A DNA stretch of 63,218 bases, from assembly GCA_009694725.1 (NCBI GenBank), contig SICV01000001.1, forward strand, positions 1-63,218, written 5' to 3'. The position numbers were made by a program, and so were the translations under genes. Each line of letters begins with the position of its first letter. Position 1 is the stretch's first letter. The notes beneath the pieces were generated by a model that worked only from the letters and a program-made list of their open reading frames with translations, was not told where the DNA came from and did no database searches. The stretch comes from Candidatus Pacearchaeota archaeon (GTDB lineage Archaea > Nanobdellota > Nanobdellia > Pacearchaeales > GW2011-AR1). Of this stretch, positions 16,991-25,929 are shown piece after piece.

Positions 16991-17224
16991 TTAAAGAGGA
17001 AGGAAAAACGTATCTGTTGTTTCGGGTGTTGGTTGTCTGATGCTCTTCTGATTATTGAGCGCTGCTTGTTCTATACATGCTGCAAACATGCGCCGTTGGT
17101 GATCGCTTGTAACGTTATATTCTCGAGAATAGTGTGCAGGGAGATCTCTTGTTCTCATTTCAGATAGACTTCCAGGAGTATAAGCATCCCACCTCTCCCC
17201 GTCATAGAGAAGTGTATATTTCAT
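16991..17224 (-). CDS. Hypothetical protein
   Basis: 77-aa ORF directly downstream of the 52-aa ORF. Confidence 0.55.
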   Translation of the reverse strand: MKYTLLYDGERWDAYTPGSLSEMRTRDLPAHYSREYNVTSDHQRRMFAACIEQAALNNQKSIRQPTPETTDTFFLPL

Positions 17225-17230
17225 GCGAAA

Positions 17231-17389
17231 TTACTGATCGGAACCAATTTTTGTAACGAGGCCTGTTGATTCACGATTCACATGCTGTAACGCTTCTTCG
17301 TCAGATGCTTTTGGATGTTCACGCTTAAATTTGAGTGCTTCTGATGCTCCTGCGATAAGCGCCATCTTCATCATCCCTCTTTGTTCCAT
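17231..17389 (-). CDS. Small hypothetical protein, 52 aa (below ORF-track cutoff)
   Basis: MEQRGMMKMALIAGASEALKFKREHPKASDEEALQHVNRESTGLVTKIGSDQ; TATA (CTTATATA on - strand) about 25 bp upstream. Confidence 0.7.
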   Translation of the reverse strand: MEQRGMMKMALIAGASEALKFKREHPKASDEEALQHVNRESTGLVTKIGSDQ

Positions 17390-17536
17390 GTTGCTTTTTT
17401 CGTCTGAGAGTATATAAGGATTATTGTGTTTGGGAAAGAAGGTGAAGGCGTTGATGCAATTACATTAATGCGAACAATTCTTGCCTGTATGTTTAAATAG
17501 GGGTTCGTATTACTGTTTTTGAGGTATTGAAAGAGG

Positions 17537-18361
17537 ATGACTAGTGAGCTCTTGCGTGCAGAACTAAAGGTTCGTGGGTTTTCTCCGTTGACGGTACGCA
17601 ATTATGGCTTTTTTGTGGATAAGTTCTTAGCACATGTCAAAAAACAACCTGATCAGACTACCCCTGATGATGCGAAATTATATTTAGCAAGTCTGTTTGA
17701 AGATAAATCAAAGAATACCATTATGTTGGCTGCTGCTGCCTTGAAGTTTTACTTTACCCAGATTCTTAAGAAGGATTTTTCAGCAGTCAAAATGCCGAAG
17801 AAAGAAAAACGGTTGCCTTCAGTGCTTACCAAAGATGAAATGCGTGCGGTGCTTGCGAGTGCAGATACTGAAAAGTCCCGGTTGATGATTTCGTTATTAT
17901 ATTCTACGGGTTTGCGTGTTTCTGAAGTGGTTAATTTGAAGAAGAACGATATTGACTTTGGGGAGAAATCTGGCTGGGTGCGTCGAGGGAAAGGAAATAA
18001 AGATCGGTTATTTAGTATTTCAGACCAACTCACCAAAGATTTACAAGCTTATTTGGAAGGGCGAGAGTATCAGTATGTGCTTTCTAAGGATAAACCGTTG
18101 ACCACACGTAATATTCAGAAAATTATCAAACAGACTGCAGGTCGAGCAGGTGTCCAGAAAAAAGTGACCCCACACACTTTGCGCCATAGTTTTGCAACGC
18201 ATTTACTTGAACAAGGGACGGACATTCGGGTCATTCAGGCTATGCTTGGGCATAGTAATTTGAATACGACCCAAGTGTATACGCATGTGTCCTCGGATCA
18301 GATTAAGAAAGTAGCCAACCCTTTGGATACGCTTCTTGCCCCTCTCAATGGACTCGCCTAA
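17537..18361 (+). CDS. xerA: XerA-like tyrosine recombinase
   Basis: TGLRVSE, RRGKGNKDR, HTLRHSFATHLL, LGH, TTQVYTHV; N-terminal SAM-like domain. Confidence 0.85.
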   Translation: MTSELLRAELKVRGFSPLTVRNYGFFVDKFLAHVKKQPDQTTPDDAKLYLASLFEDKSKNTIMLAAAALKFYFTQILKKDFSAVKMPKKEKRLPSVLTKDEMRAVLASADTEKSRLMISLLYSTGLRVSEVVNLKKNDIDFGEKSGWVRRGKGNKDRLFSISDQLTKDLQAYLEGREYQYVLSKDKPLTTRNIQKIIKQTAGRAGVQKKVTPHTLRHSFATHLLEQGTDIRVIQAMLGHSNLNTTQVYTHVSSDQIKKVANPLDTLLAPLNGLA

Positions 18362-18563
18362 GTATGCCTGCTTGTTAGAACAACTGTGTCTCGCTGCTGA
18401 CACCCATGACTGGATTATGTTTGATTCTTTGATCCTATCAACGAGAAAAGCTCATGATCACTATAATACTGATCGACTACGACGAGGATGGCAACCTGTT
18501 CGTATTTACGAAGAGAGTTGGGTGATACTTAACCGTCATGCACATGAGCTTGTGTGGAATTGA
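18348..18563 (+). CDS. Hypothetical protein
   Basis: 71-aa ORF overlapping the xerA end. Confidence 0.45.
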   Translation: MDSPKYACLLEQLCLAADTHDWIMFDSLILSTRKAHDHYNTDRLRRGWQPVRIYEESWVILNRHAHELVWN

Positions 18564-18658
18564 TTCATTGTGCTATTACTCTTTGGTAGGATTGGATGAA
18601 AGAGCTGATGTCTGCTCTTGGTGAGTGGTTCAGGGTAGCTTGACTTTCTGGTTACTAG

Positions 18659-19009
18659 CTATTTGCTATTTTGAAAGTTACCCTTGGCACGTTCATGTGC
18701 TAAGGCAAGGACTTGCTCAGGGGAGAGATCTTCTTCCTCGTCATCTTCGATTGGAAAAGAGGGATGTATCTTTTGTTGATAATAATAGTATCGTTGGACA
18801 AGGTGCGGATATTTCTTTTTGATGGCCTCTAAGAGGCGACGAGGGGACTGGGAGCTTGCCCCCACCATATCTTGTTTCAATAGAGCATGAAGATCCCAAT
18901 AGAGTGCATCTTCATGAGAAACCGCAACATAATGAGTAGCACAAAACGATTTTTCCTCTTTAAAGAGATCTGCTTCTTTATTACATACGGTACAGCGAGG
19001 AACTGCCAT
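18659..19009 (-). CDS. Hypothetical protein with N-terminal Cys/His (Zn-finger-like) motif
   Basis: CTVC...FCATH; acidic tail; TATA upstream. Confidence 0.65.
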   Translation of the reverse strand: MAVPRCTVCNKEADLFKEEKSFCATHYVAVSHEDALYWDLHALLKQDMVGASSQSPRRLLEAIKKKYPHLVQRYYYYQQKIHPSFPIEDDEEEDLSPEQVLALAHERAKGNFQNSK

Positions 19010-19047
19010 ACCTCTCTTGAGAAACGTGGAAGCTATAAGGATTTCGG

Positions 19048-19446
19048 TTATCCGAACTTGAGAGGATGTTCAGGTGTGAACAAAATTTTACCATTCAACA
19101 ATAAAAAGAAATTATCTGATGATATGTTGAGAGGTTTACCTGCTTGAGTGGATATTTCGTTTAATTTTTTACACCCTTGATCTAATGCCTGACATTCAAG
19201 TGAACAAATGACTCCTCTTTCTGTTATTTCGGCACCTTCTGGAGTAAGTAAAGATGAAAACGGGCGATAGTTAGTTGTTGCTTCAGGGTCATTTATTTTA
19301 TGAGGAATTGTGCCCAATGAAACTTTACAGGTAATATGCCCAATACCCTTAATATAGGCTATATTTAACGCGAGATAATGGCCAGAAGGTGCTCTCTCGA
19401 GTGTTTCCCACGTACATAATCTATCGGTGACTGATTGATATTCCAT
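19048..19446 (-). CDS. Hypothetical protein
   Basis: 132-aa ORF with TATA upstream. Confidence 0.6.
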   Translation of the reverse strand: MEYQSVTDRLCTWETLERAPSGHYLALNIAYIKGIGHITCKVSLGTIPHKINDPEATTNYRPFSSLLTPEGAEITERGVICSLECQALDQGCKKLNEISTQAGKPLNISSDNFFLLLNGKILFTPEHPLKFG

Positions 19447-19565
19447 ACCAAGAAATTCCTTGTATACTTACCTGTTCTTTGAAGCATATAAGGATGATGG
19501 TTTCAGTTTTGAGTATTTTGTTCAAAGAAAGAAAAATCTTACTCAGACTACGAGAAGTCCTATGG

Positions 19566-19979
19566 TTAACGGTAGGACTTTTGACGGCGAGCACGAGGGG
19601 CAGAGTCGTTTGGTTTGTTTGCTTCTTTACGACGTGAGTCTGCAACGATCATGTTTCTATCATATTTAATGAATGTTTTCTTGAGTGTTTCAGAACCTGT
19701 AATGTACAAGAGGGCTTTTGCAATAGCAAGACGAGCTGCTTGTATTTGGGCTTCTTTTCCACCGCCAAATCCTTTGATATGAAAATCTACCTTTAATGGA
19801 TCTCCAAGTTCTTGTTCATAGAGACGTAATGGTTCAGAAAGAGCAAGTTTATGGAATAATGGAAGTTCTGCTGAAGGTAAGTAATTGAAAAATACTTTGC
19901 CCGTGCCTATTTTGAAACGAAGTTTTGCAACAGCTGTTTTTCTCTTCCCTGCAATAATGCGCGTTATTTCAAAAGCCAT
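19566..19979 (-). CDS. rps9: 30S ribosomal protein uS9
   Basis: GKRKTAVA, GGGKEAQ..AARLAIAKAL, RARRQKSYR. Confidence 0.97.
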   Translation of the reverse strand: MAFEITRIIAGKRKTAVAKLRFKIGTGKVFFNYLPSAELPLFHKLALSEPLRLYEQELGDPLKVDFHIKGFGGGKEAQIQAARLAIAKALLYITGSETLKKTFIKYDRNMIVADSRRKEANKPNDSAPRARRQKSYR

Positions 19980-19981
19980 AG

Positions 19982-20386
19982 TTATAGTTCCTTTGCTAAT
20001 TCAGCAAGCTTCATCGTTCGAGTATTGAGGGGGCGTGCAACAGAGACTGCTTTAATTGCTTTCAAGTCGGCAGGAACCTGATTATAACATTTGATCCGGT
20101 CAAAAGCAGCTTCCCCACGACCCATTTTATACGATAACATACCCCTGATAGTTCGTTTCATTAATCGTTCCGGACTGCGCTTGATCCAATTGGGGCCATT
20201 TAATGCATGTCCGCCACGAAGTGAAGCTTGTTTGTATTCTGCGATAATCATATGTCTTCGGCCAGACAGTAAGCCCTCGGTACAGTTGATAACCGCGACT
20301 TGCTTACCCAGTAATGATTGCTTTGCTGCTATGGTTGCAATACGTCCAATTATTCCACCGGTAGCATCAATGACGAACGTGTCCAT
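19982..20386 (-). CDS. rpl13: 50S ribosomal protein uL13
   Basis: VIDATGGIIGRIA, KRTIRGML. Confidence 0.95.
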   Translation of the reverse strand: MDTFVIDATGGIIGRIATIAAKQSLLGKQVAVINCTEGLLSGRRHMIIAEYKQASLRGGHALNGPNWIKRSPERLMKRTIRGMLSYKMGRGEAAFDRIKCYNQVPADLKAIKAVSVARPLNTRTMKLAELAKEL

Positions 20387-20763
20387 TATGCTAACACCGT
20401 AATGCCTGTCGCCTTTGGGTTGACTTTCATTTCTTCATCAATGGTAACTAATTCGCTCTTGGTTGCTTTTGCTTTTTCATGTGCTGCTGCAGAGAATCCA
20501 AGTGCAACAATACGTATTTTCTTCGTGAGCGTGCCGGATGCAAGCACTTTCCCACCGATTAAGACGGTATCTCCCGTTTTCGTGAGTGCATCAATTTGAT
20601 CGAGATTGAGTGCTGCAAGGGCCTTGGTTGGACCAGAGATACGTTGGGCAACGGGAAGCCAGGCATCTAGTTTACGTGCTGCTTGAATTGTTGCTTGGAG
20701 TAAGGGGTTTGTCTTTCTTCCTGCCTTTCTCTTAATGTGGGATCGACTGATGGTCATCTTCAT
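20386..20763 (-). CDS. rpl18e: 50S ribosomal protein eL18
   Basis: KTNP, GKVLASG, ALGFSAAAHEK; operon position. Confidence 0.95.
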   Translation of the reverse strand: MKMTISRSHIKRKAGRKTNPLLQATIQAARKLDAWLPVAQRISGPTKALAALNLDQIDALTKTGDTVLIGGKVLASGTLTKKIRIVALGFSAAAHEKAKATKSELVTIDEEMKVNPKATGITVLA

Positions 20764-20841
20764 ACTTTTGTCGTATTTCTGACGGTATATAAAGCTTTCT
20801 CGAGTGGAAAGCCTTTTATACCTTCGTGTGTATAGGTGTGT

Positions 20842-21066
20842 ATGTCTAAAATCCGGGTCAATATTACGGTTGATCGTGAAACACTTGCTTTAGCAAAGCG
20901 TAAGTTGGGATTATTTGGGGGGAAACTGAGTACGTTGTTTGATGCCTATCTACGTGATTTTGTTAAGAGTATGGATAAAGAGTATGGAGCTGATTACAAA
21001 GTGTTACAAGAAAAAGTTGCCGAATTGGAAAAGCGGTTAGGGAAAGTGGAAGGGAAAAAGTTATAA
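20842..21066 (+). CDS. Ribbon-helix-helix (CopG/antitoxin-like) small protein
   Basis: KIRVNITVDRETLALAK beta-alpha pattern plus coiled coil; no adjacent toxin. Confidence 0.65.
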   Translation: MSKIRVNITVDRETLALAKRKLGLFGGKLSTLFDAYLRDFVKSMDKEYGADYKVLQEKVAELEKRLGKVEGKKL

Positions 21067-21150
21067 TTTATTGTGCTTCTTGAGAAATGCAAGTGCTTCT
21101 GCATCATCTATTTTGTGTAATAACGTACCAAATGTTCGGGTATGAATAAA

Positions 21151-21234
21151 TGCGGGTGCTAGGAATCGAACCTAGGCAAGCACTAAGCTACTGCCACCTC
21201 AAGGCAGCCCGTTTGACCGCTCCGGCACACCCGC
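21151..21234 (-). tRNA. tRNA-Leu(GAG)
   Basis: GCGGGTGTGCCGGAGCGG...CTGCC-TTGAGGT-GGCAG...GGTTCGATTCCTAGCACCCGCA. Confidence 0.95.
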
Positions 21235-21280
21235 TACGCGGGTGTGTGTGCGGGGTGGCTTTTAAAGATAGTGATTAGAC

Positions 21281-21478
21281 CTAAGACCCATACGGAAAAG
21301 AAGGAAGTGAGACATATCCTCTTCTGTTTGCCACTTGTCGTTCTACCCCTCTATTGAGTTCGGCTATCTGTACAAGAGCATTATATTCGGCACGCTCTAC
21401 GATTCTACGCGCCCCCTCTCTAATTTCTGGAGTAGGGGGCTCGTGTAACACTTCTCGTAATATATCAAGTAAACTCAT
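21281..21478 (-). CDS. Hypothetical protein
   Basis: 65-aa ORF with its own TATA between rpoD and tRNA-Leu. Confidence 0.55.
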   Translation of the reverse strand: MSLLDILREVLHEPPTPEIREGARRIVERAEYNALVQIAELNRGVERQVANRRGYVSLPSFPYGS

Positions 21479-21520
21479 ACGAGTGAGAAGATATCGAACT
21501 TTAAAACGATTTAGATACAG

Positions 21521-22216
21521 TTACTTAAATGCCTTGACTACTTCGTCACAATTGTCTGAGAGTGAGGCTATGGCTTTCTTGAGTATGTCAGATGCGGGCA
21601 TGTTCCCATAGCTTTCTACGATAAAGAGCATTTCATCACTGTCTACAATTGCTTTGTCATCGATGGCGTTAACATCATGTTGAGTTGCTTCATTCAAATC
21701 ACAAAGCCAGGTTGTGCCTGTTTTTTCTGCCTTCATAATGCCTGCAGACTTTTGAATGATAGCGTCGATTTGTGCGTTGCCCTTTACTTTCAAGATATGG
21801 CGGTAATAGGCAAGGCCGGGTGTGTATTTTGCATGTTCAATGCCTTTGCCGAGGATTGCAGTTGCAACTAATTCAAGTTTATGTCCTTCTTTCAAGAGAG
21901 TAAGAGGAATATTGTCATGTACGACTTCTGCGTTACCTTCGAGGTCGCCTGAATAGACAGTGCACGGGCCGGTCTTGGAGAGTTTCAATTCTACTTTTGT
22001 TTTTTCGCCCATTTTTGCTTCGGTCTTTAAGGGGACAAGACCGAGACGATGAGCAACCATTTCATCATAGAGCGCTGAATCATTTTTATAGAGTTCAACT
22101 TCATCGATGGCGAGCGTAGGAACTTCTGCGACGCTTCGACGTAATGCATTTGCAAGCGATTCGTGTGCAGGCATACGAATGACTACTTTTTCAGCAGACT
22201 TAGAAACAACAGACAT
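21521..22216 (-). CDS. rpoD: DNA-directed RNA polymerase subunit D (Rpo3)
   Basis: LANALRR, KNDSALYDEMVAHRLGLVPL, GIEHAKY. Confidence 0.95.
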   Translation of the reverse strand: MSVVSKSAEKVVIRMPAHESLANALRRSVAEVPTLAIDEVELYKNDSALYDEMVAHRLGLVPLKTEAKMGEKTKVELKLSKTGPCTVYSGDLEGNAEVVHDNIPLTLLKEGHKLELVATAILGKGIEHAKYTPGLAYYRHILKVKGNAQIDAIIQKSAGIMKAEKTGTTWLCDLNEATQHDVNAIDDKAIVDSDEMLFIVESYGNMPASDILKKAIASLSDNCDEVVKAFK

Positions 22217-22247
22217 AGGAGTAAAGGGAGAGAGAGGCTTTTAAAGC

Positions 22248-22745
22248 TTATACTCTGCGTCCGCGCTTACCTCCCTTCTTCTTCGGTCCACCGCGTGCAA
22301 CGCGTGAGGTATCAACGATATTGAGAATCTTGAATCCTTCTTTGTCAAAACTTTTGACGGCAGCATGTGCACCTGGACCGATACCCCGTTCGCTTCCGGT
22401 ACGAGCGCGCATACGTACATAGAGTGAGGTGAAACCGAGATCTTTTGCACGTTCTGCTGCTTTCTTTGCAACGAACATCGCAATCGTTGGATCTGCTTTC
22501 AAACGAGAGTGTTTGGTTACCATTCCGCCCGTGATACGAGAAATAGTATTACCTGCAAGATCAGTAATGTGAATCATAGTGTTGTTCTTGGACGTATTAA
22601 TGTACACAATACCTGTGCGTTCTTCTTTTGGAGCTTTTACTTCTGTGACCACAGGGAGAGGAGTCGGGTTAACTGTTGGTACTTCAGCTAGTGCCGGAAC
22701 AGCAGTTGGTTGTTCAAGTGCTTCTATTTTTTTTGCACTTTCCAT
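22248..22745 (-). CDS. rps11: 30S ribosomal protein uS11 (Pro/Thr/Val-rich N-terminal extension)
   Basis: NNTMIHITD, GPGA, GGKRGRRV. Confidence 0.97.
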   Translation of the reverse strand: MESAKKIEALEQPTAVPALAEVPTVNPTPLPVVTEVKAPKEERTGIVYINTSKNNTMIHITDLAGNTISRITGGMVTKHSRLKADPTIAMFVAKKAAERAKDLGFTSLYVRMRARTGSERGIGPGAHAAVKSFDKEGFKILNIVDTSRVARGGPKKKGGKRGRRV

Positions 22746-23227
22746 TATTCAGTTTCCTCCGTCGTTTGAGATGGCTTAGTGAAGATAAGTGTCACAGTAA
22801 TTGCTTGTTCTTCATTAACTGGAACAAGATACCCGGGTTTATTGACCACTGAATCGTTGATAAGCACTTTACGATGAGTCACCATTTGACGTGCTTGACG
22901 AATCGTTTGGGCTTTGTGTTGTTTGAATAAAATAGTCGGCAATCGACGATTCAAAATATCCTCAACTTGAAGTGCAAGGACGTCTGAAATTACGTTTACG
23001 GGTAATCCGAGACCACGTAATTTACCGAAGAGCACTTCTTGTTCTGCTGAAGGGGCTTTTGCAAGTGCTTTTGCACGATCTCTGAAATAGGAAACTTTTG
23101 CTTTTGCCTTCCAAATTTCGCGTTTATTTTTAAGTCCGAAACGTTCAACGAGTTTGTTTTCTTCAGTAATACGCGACTTTTCGTATGCCTTCTTTGGTCG
23201 ACTATATGATTTATGCTGGCGTATCAT
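22745..23227 (-). CDS. rps4: 30S ribosomal protein uS4
   Basis: FGLKNKREIWK, RRLPT, QARQMVTH. Confidence 0.97.
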   Translation of the reverse strand: MIRQHKSYSRPKKAYEKSRITEENKLVERFGLKNKREIWKAKAKVSYFRDRAKALAKAPSAEQEVLFGKLRGLGLPVNVISDVLALQVEDILNRRLPTILFKQHKAQTIRQARQMVTHRKVLINDSVVNKPGYLVPVNEEQAITVTLIFTKPSQTTEETE

Positions 23228-23757
23228 TATGCACTACCACCTTTTTTCTTTTTCATACCTGCAGCCATACTCTTCTTTCTGAAGTGTGAACGTGTACGTT
23301 GACCACGAACCGGTTGTTTTGCTGCATGACGTGCACCACGATAAGCTTTCATTTCTTTCAAACGTTTAATATCGAAGTCTCGTTTCATTTCAAGATCGAC
23401 ACCCAGGAAATGCCCTGATTCGCCTGTTTCAGGATCAGTTGCACGATTTCGCATAAATAGGGGAAGTTCCATCTTTGGAAGATAGGTTTCAATTTGCTTG
23501 ATTTCATCTTTTGAAAGTTCAACAATTTTTTTCATACGATCTAATTTCAATTTAAAACAAATAAAATTAGCAAGTGACCAGGAAATACCCTTGATGCGTG
23601 TTAAACCAACATACAGTGGACGAGAACCGGCAATGTCATACCCCATAATACGAACAAGCGTTTCGGAACGGTCTTCTTCTCCTGGACGTTTACTAACAGG
23701 TTTGGGTGTAGTGGCTTTCTCGAATGCCTTCTCTTTGGTTTTGTTTCCTGCTGCCAT
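23227..23757 (-). CDS. rps13: 30S ribosomal protein uS13
   Basis: LTRIKGIS, YRGARH, PVRGQRTRS. Confidence 0.97.
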   Translation of the reverse strand: MAAGNKTKEKAFEKATTPKPVSKRPGEEDRSETLVRIMGYDIAGSRPLYVGLTRIKGISWSLANFICFKLKLDRMKKIVELSKDEIKQIETYLPKMELPLFMRNRATDPETGESGHFLGVDLEMKRDFDIKRLKEMKAYRGARHAAKQPVRGQRTRSHFRKKSMAAGMKKKKGGSA

Positions 23758-24296
23758 TAGTGGATAAATAGATTGAATCTTTGTCGTTCAGACAATTCTT
23801 CAATCAAGCGTTTCTCAATCGCTTTTTTTGGATCGGGTATACTTTTCATGCGTGTTCGTATGTCTTCAAACGATTCGAAGGGTTTCTTCTCACGTTCTGC
23901 TAATACTTCAGCCGTATGCTTTTTACCAAAGCCCGGAATAAGTTCAAGTTGATGAAGACGAGTATTAATTGCTGGTGCAGAATTAAAGAAATCGACAAAT
24001 TTCTTCTCCTGCTCCGCAACTACCGTTTCAATGAACTCTTGTAGCTGGATCTTTGCAGACTCAGTTAACTTTTCTCGAGGCAATCTGCCTGAGATGAAGT
24101 ATATCTTATCTCGCTTGTCTGGGCCTATATAAACCTTTTCTTTAATTTCTAGTGTAACCCCCCGTCGAGGGACTAGTTCTAAAATAGCAAGGGTCTTTTC
24201 TCCAATTGCTTGTGCAACCGGTTGACCACGTCCACCCATTGGATAGCCATAGGGTAAATAATCTAAGATAAGCGCGTACTCTTCCTTTTCTCCCAT
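23757..24296 (-). CDS. DUF655 family protein (putative nucleic-acid binding)
   Basis: EEYALILDYLPYG, RLHQLELIPGFGKK; conserved neighbour of rpoF. Confidence 0.9.
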   Translation of the reverse strand: MGEKEEYALILDYLPYGYPMGGRGQPVAQAIGEKTLAILELVPRRGVTLEIKEKVYIGPDKRDKIYFISGRLPREKLTESAKIQLQEFIETVVAEQEKKFVDFFNSAPAINTRLHQLELIPGFGKKHTAEVLAEREKKPFESFEDIRTRMKSIPDPKKAIEKRLIEELSERQRFNLFIH

Positions 24297-24300
24297 GGTG

Positions 24301-24594
24301 TTACTTTAACGCTCCAAGAATTGCTTGTGATTCCTCTTCGGAAAGACTTGCTTCATGACATACTTTATTGACTCCTTCAACGTCATGCGGCATAAAATCA
24401 ACTAATTTGATAAAATCGTTTTCTTTCAATTTAATATTGTTTAATGCGATAAGCTTTTCTTTCAATGCTTTTGCTTCTTTTGCGTCTACTTTACTAAATG
24501 TTTTCAAATAGGTATAGACTGGGCGATCTTTATCTTCATCTGAAAGGTAAGATTTTACTTCTCCAAGGGTGAGAGCAGTTTTATCGATAATCAT
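24301..24594 (-). CDS. rpoF: RNA polymerase subunit F (Rpo4)
   Basis: YLKTFSK...IKLVDFMP; rpl21e-rpoF-DUF655 order. Confidence 0.88.
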   Translation of the reverse strand: MIIDKTALTLGEVKSYLSDEDKDRPVYTYLKTFSKVDAKEAKALKEKLIALNNIKLKENDFIKLVDFMPHDVEGVNKVCHEASLSEEESQAILGALK

Positions 24595-24845
24595 TGAGAC
24601 ACCTGATGTAAATGAACGGGATGAATCATATATCTTTTTGGTCTTCCTAAATCTTTCACTTCAACTTCGTATGCATTGCCTCGTTTAGCAATAACTTTGC
24701 CTGTTCTTCCCTGCATTCGTGTAGAGTATTTGAATTGAACACTATGTTCTCTGACAACGGCAACAGTATCTCCGACTTTTAATTCTTTAAAGTAAGCACT
24801 AAATGAGATTTTACCACTTTTGCGAGGGTTCTTATGTTTGAGCAT
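24591..24845 (-). CDS. rpl21e: 50S ribosomal protein eL21
   Basis: GRTGKVIAKRGNAYEV, IHPVHL. Confidence 0.93.
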   Translation of the reverse strand: MLKHKNPRKSGKISFSAYFKELKVGDTVAVVREHSVQFKYSTRMQGRTGKVIAKRGNAYEVEVKDLGRPKRYMIHPVHLHQVSQ

Positions 24846-24895
24846 GGGTGCGGGTATTAAGGCTGGTTTTTAAACGTTTGTGAGGGAAAGTGAGC

Positions 24896-25090
24896 TTACA
24901 ACCGTCGAGCAGGGACAGGATCGCTTACTGAACCTTGAAATAGGTCGCCTGCTGCCCGGGATTTTTCCATACTTTCAACAATTGTGTTAAACATTTTTTC
25001 GCCCCATACACCAACACCACATCGCTTACAAAAATCAATGACTGATTCTTCAGCAACATCCGTTTTACAGTAAATACATTTTTTTGCCAT
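24896..25090 (-). CDS. Small Zn-ribbon protein
   Basis: CIYC...CKRC; GVWGEKMF. Confidence 0.75.
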   Translation of the reverse strand: MAKKCIYCKTDVAEESVIDFCKRCGVGVWGEKMFNTIVESMEKSRAAGDLFQGSVSDPVPARRL

Positions 25091-25207
25091 ACATCTCTCT
25101 TTTGATATTCTTTGTTTTTTCCGGAACTATATAAATATTCGTGTGATTTGTTCACTATTCTCTCCATCATCCAGAAACTTTATATACTCTGGGAATAAAA
25201 TCTTTCG

Positions 25208-25882
25208 ATGGAAGAAAACCATATGGTGAGTGTTTCTAAGGAGTCCCTTTGGAAATATACTTCTATTCTTTTAGGTGCAGTTGTGCTGGTAGGCATTCTT
25301 TATTTTATGGCTGGAGGAAGTGTCACAGGAAATATCATTTCGGGCAGTGCCCTTGGTGATTTTAATTCCGATGATTTAATGGATGATGACGCGGTGAAGG
25401 GTGATTCTGATGCGCCGGTAACGATTGTTGAATTTTCTGACTTCCAATGCCCATTTTGCGGTAAGTGGTTTTTACAAACGTACCCTCAGATAGAAAAAGA
25501 GTATATTGATACAGGTAAAGTAAAGATGGTCTTCCGAGATTTTCCCTTGAATTTTCATCAATACGCGCAAGTAGCAGGTGAAGCTGCTGAATGTGTCCGC
25601 GACCAGGGAGGAGATGATGCATACTGGGAATTCCACGATATTTTGTTTACCAAGCAAGCTCAATTAAGCGATACAAATGTTAAGGCATGGGCTAAGGCTG
25701 CAGGCTATGATGTTACCGAGTGCCTTGCTGATGGTACGTTCAGACAAGAAGTACTCGATGATATGGCTGATGGGCAAGCTGCGGGTGTGAGTGGCACTCC
25801 AGGATTCTTGATTAATGGTAAACTTATCTCTGGAGCTCAACCGTTCTCAGTCTTTAAACAAGCGATTGATGCTGCGTTGTAA
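25208..25882 (+). CDS. Membrane-anchored DsbA-family thiol-disulfide oxidoreductase
   Basis: EFSDFQCPFC, RDFPL, GVSGTP, GAQP. Confidence 0.92.
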   Translation: MEENHMVSVSKESLWKYTSILLGAVVLVGILYFMAGGSVTGNIISGSALGDFNSDDLMDDDAVKGDSDAPVTIVEFSDFQCPFCGKWFLQTYPQIEKEYIDTGKVKMVFRDFPLNFHQYAQVAGEAAECVRDQGGDDAYWEFHDILFTKQAQLSDTNVKAWAKAAGYDVTECLADGTFRQEVLDDMADGQAAGVSGTPGFLINGKLISGAQPFSVFKQAIDAAL

Positions 25883-25929
25883 TTTTTTTGTTCCATAACC
25901 TTTTTTAACATCTCTTTGTAACCTTGCCT

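Noticed and set aside
17537..19446. Archaeal integron (IntI plus cassettes)
   Set aside because: The recombinase is only 274 aa and lacks the IntI-specific insertion; no attC-like repeats were seen around the neighbouring small ORFs; no convincing dif site was found either.
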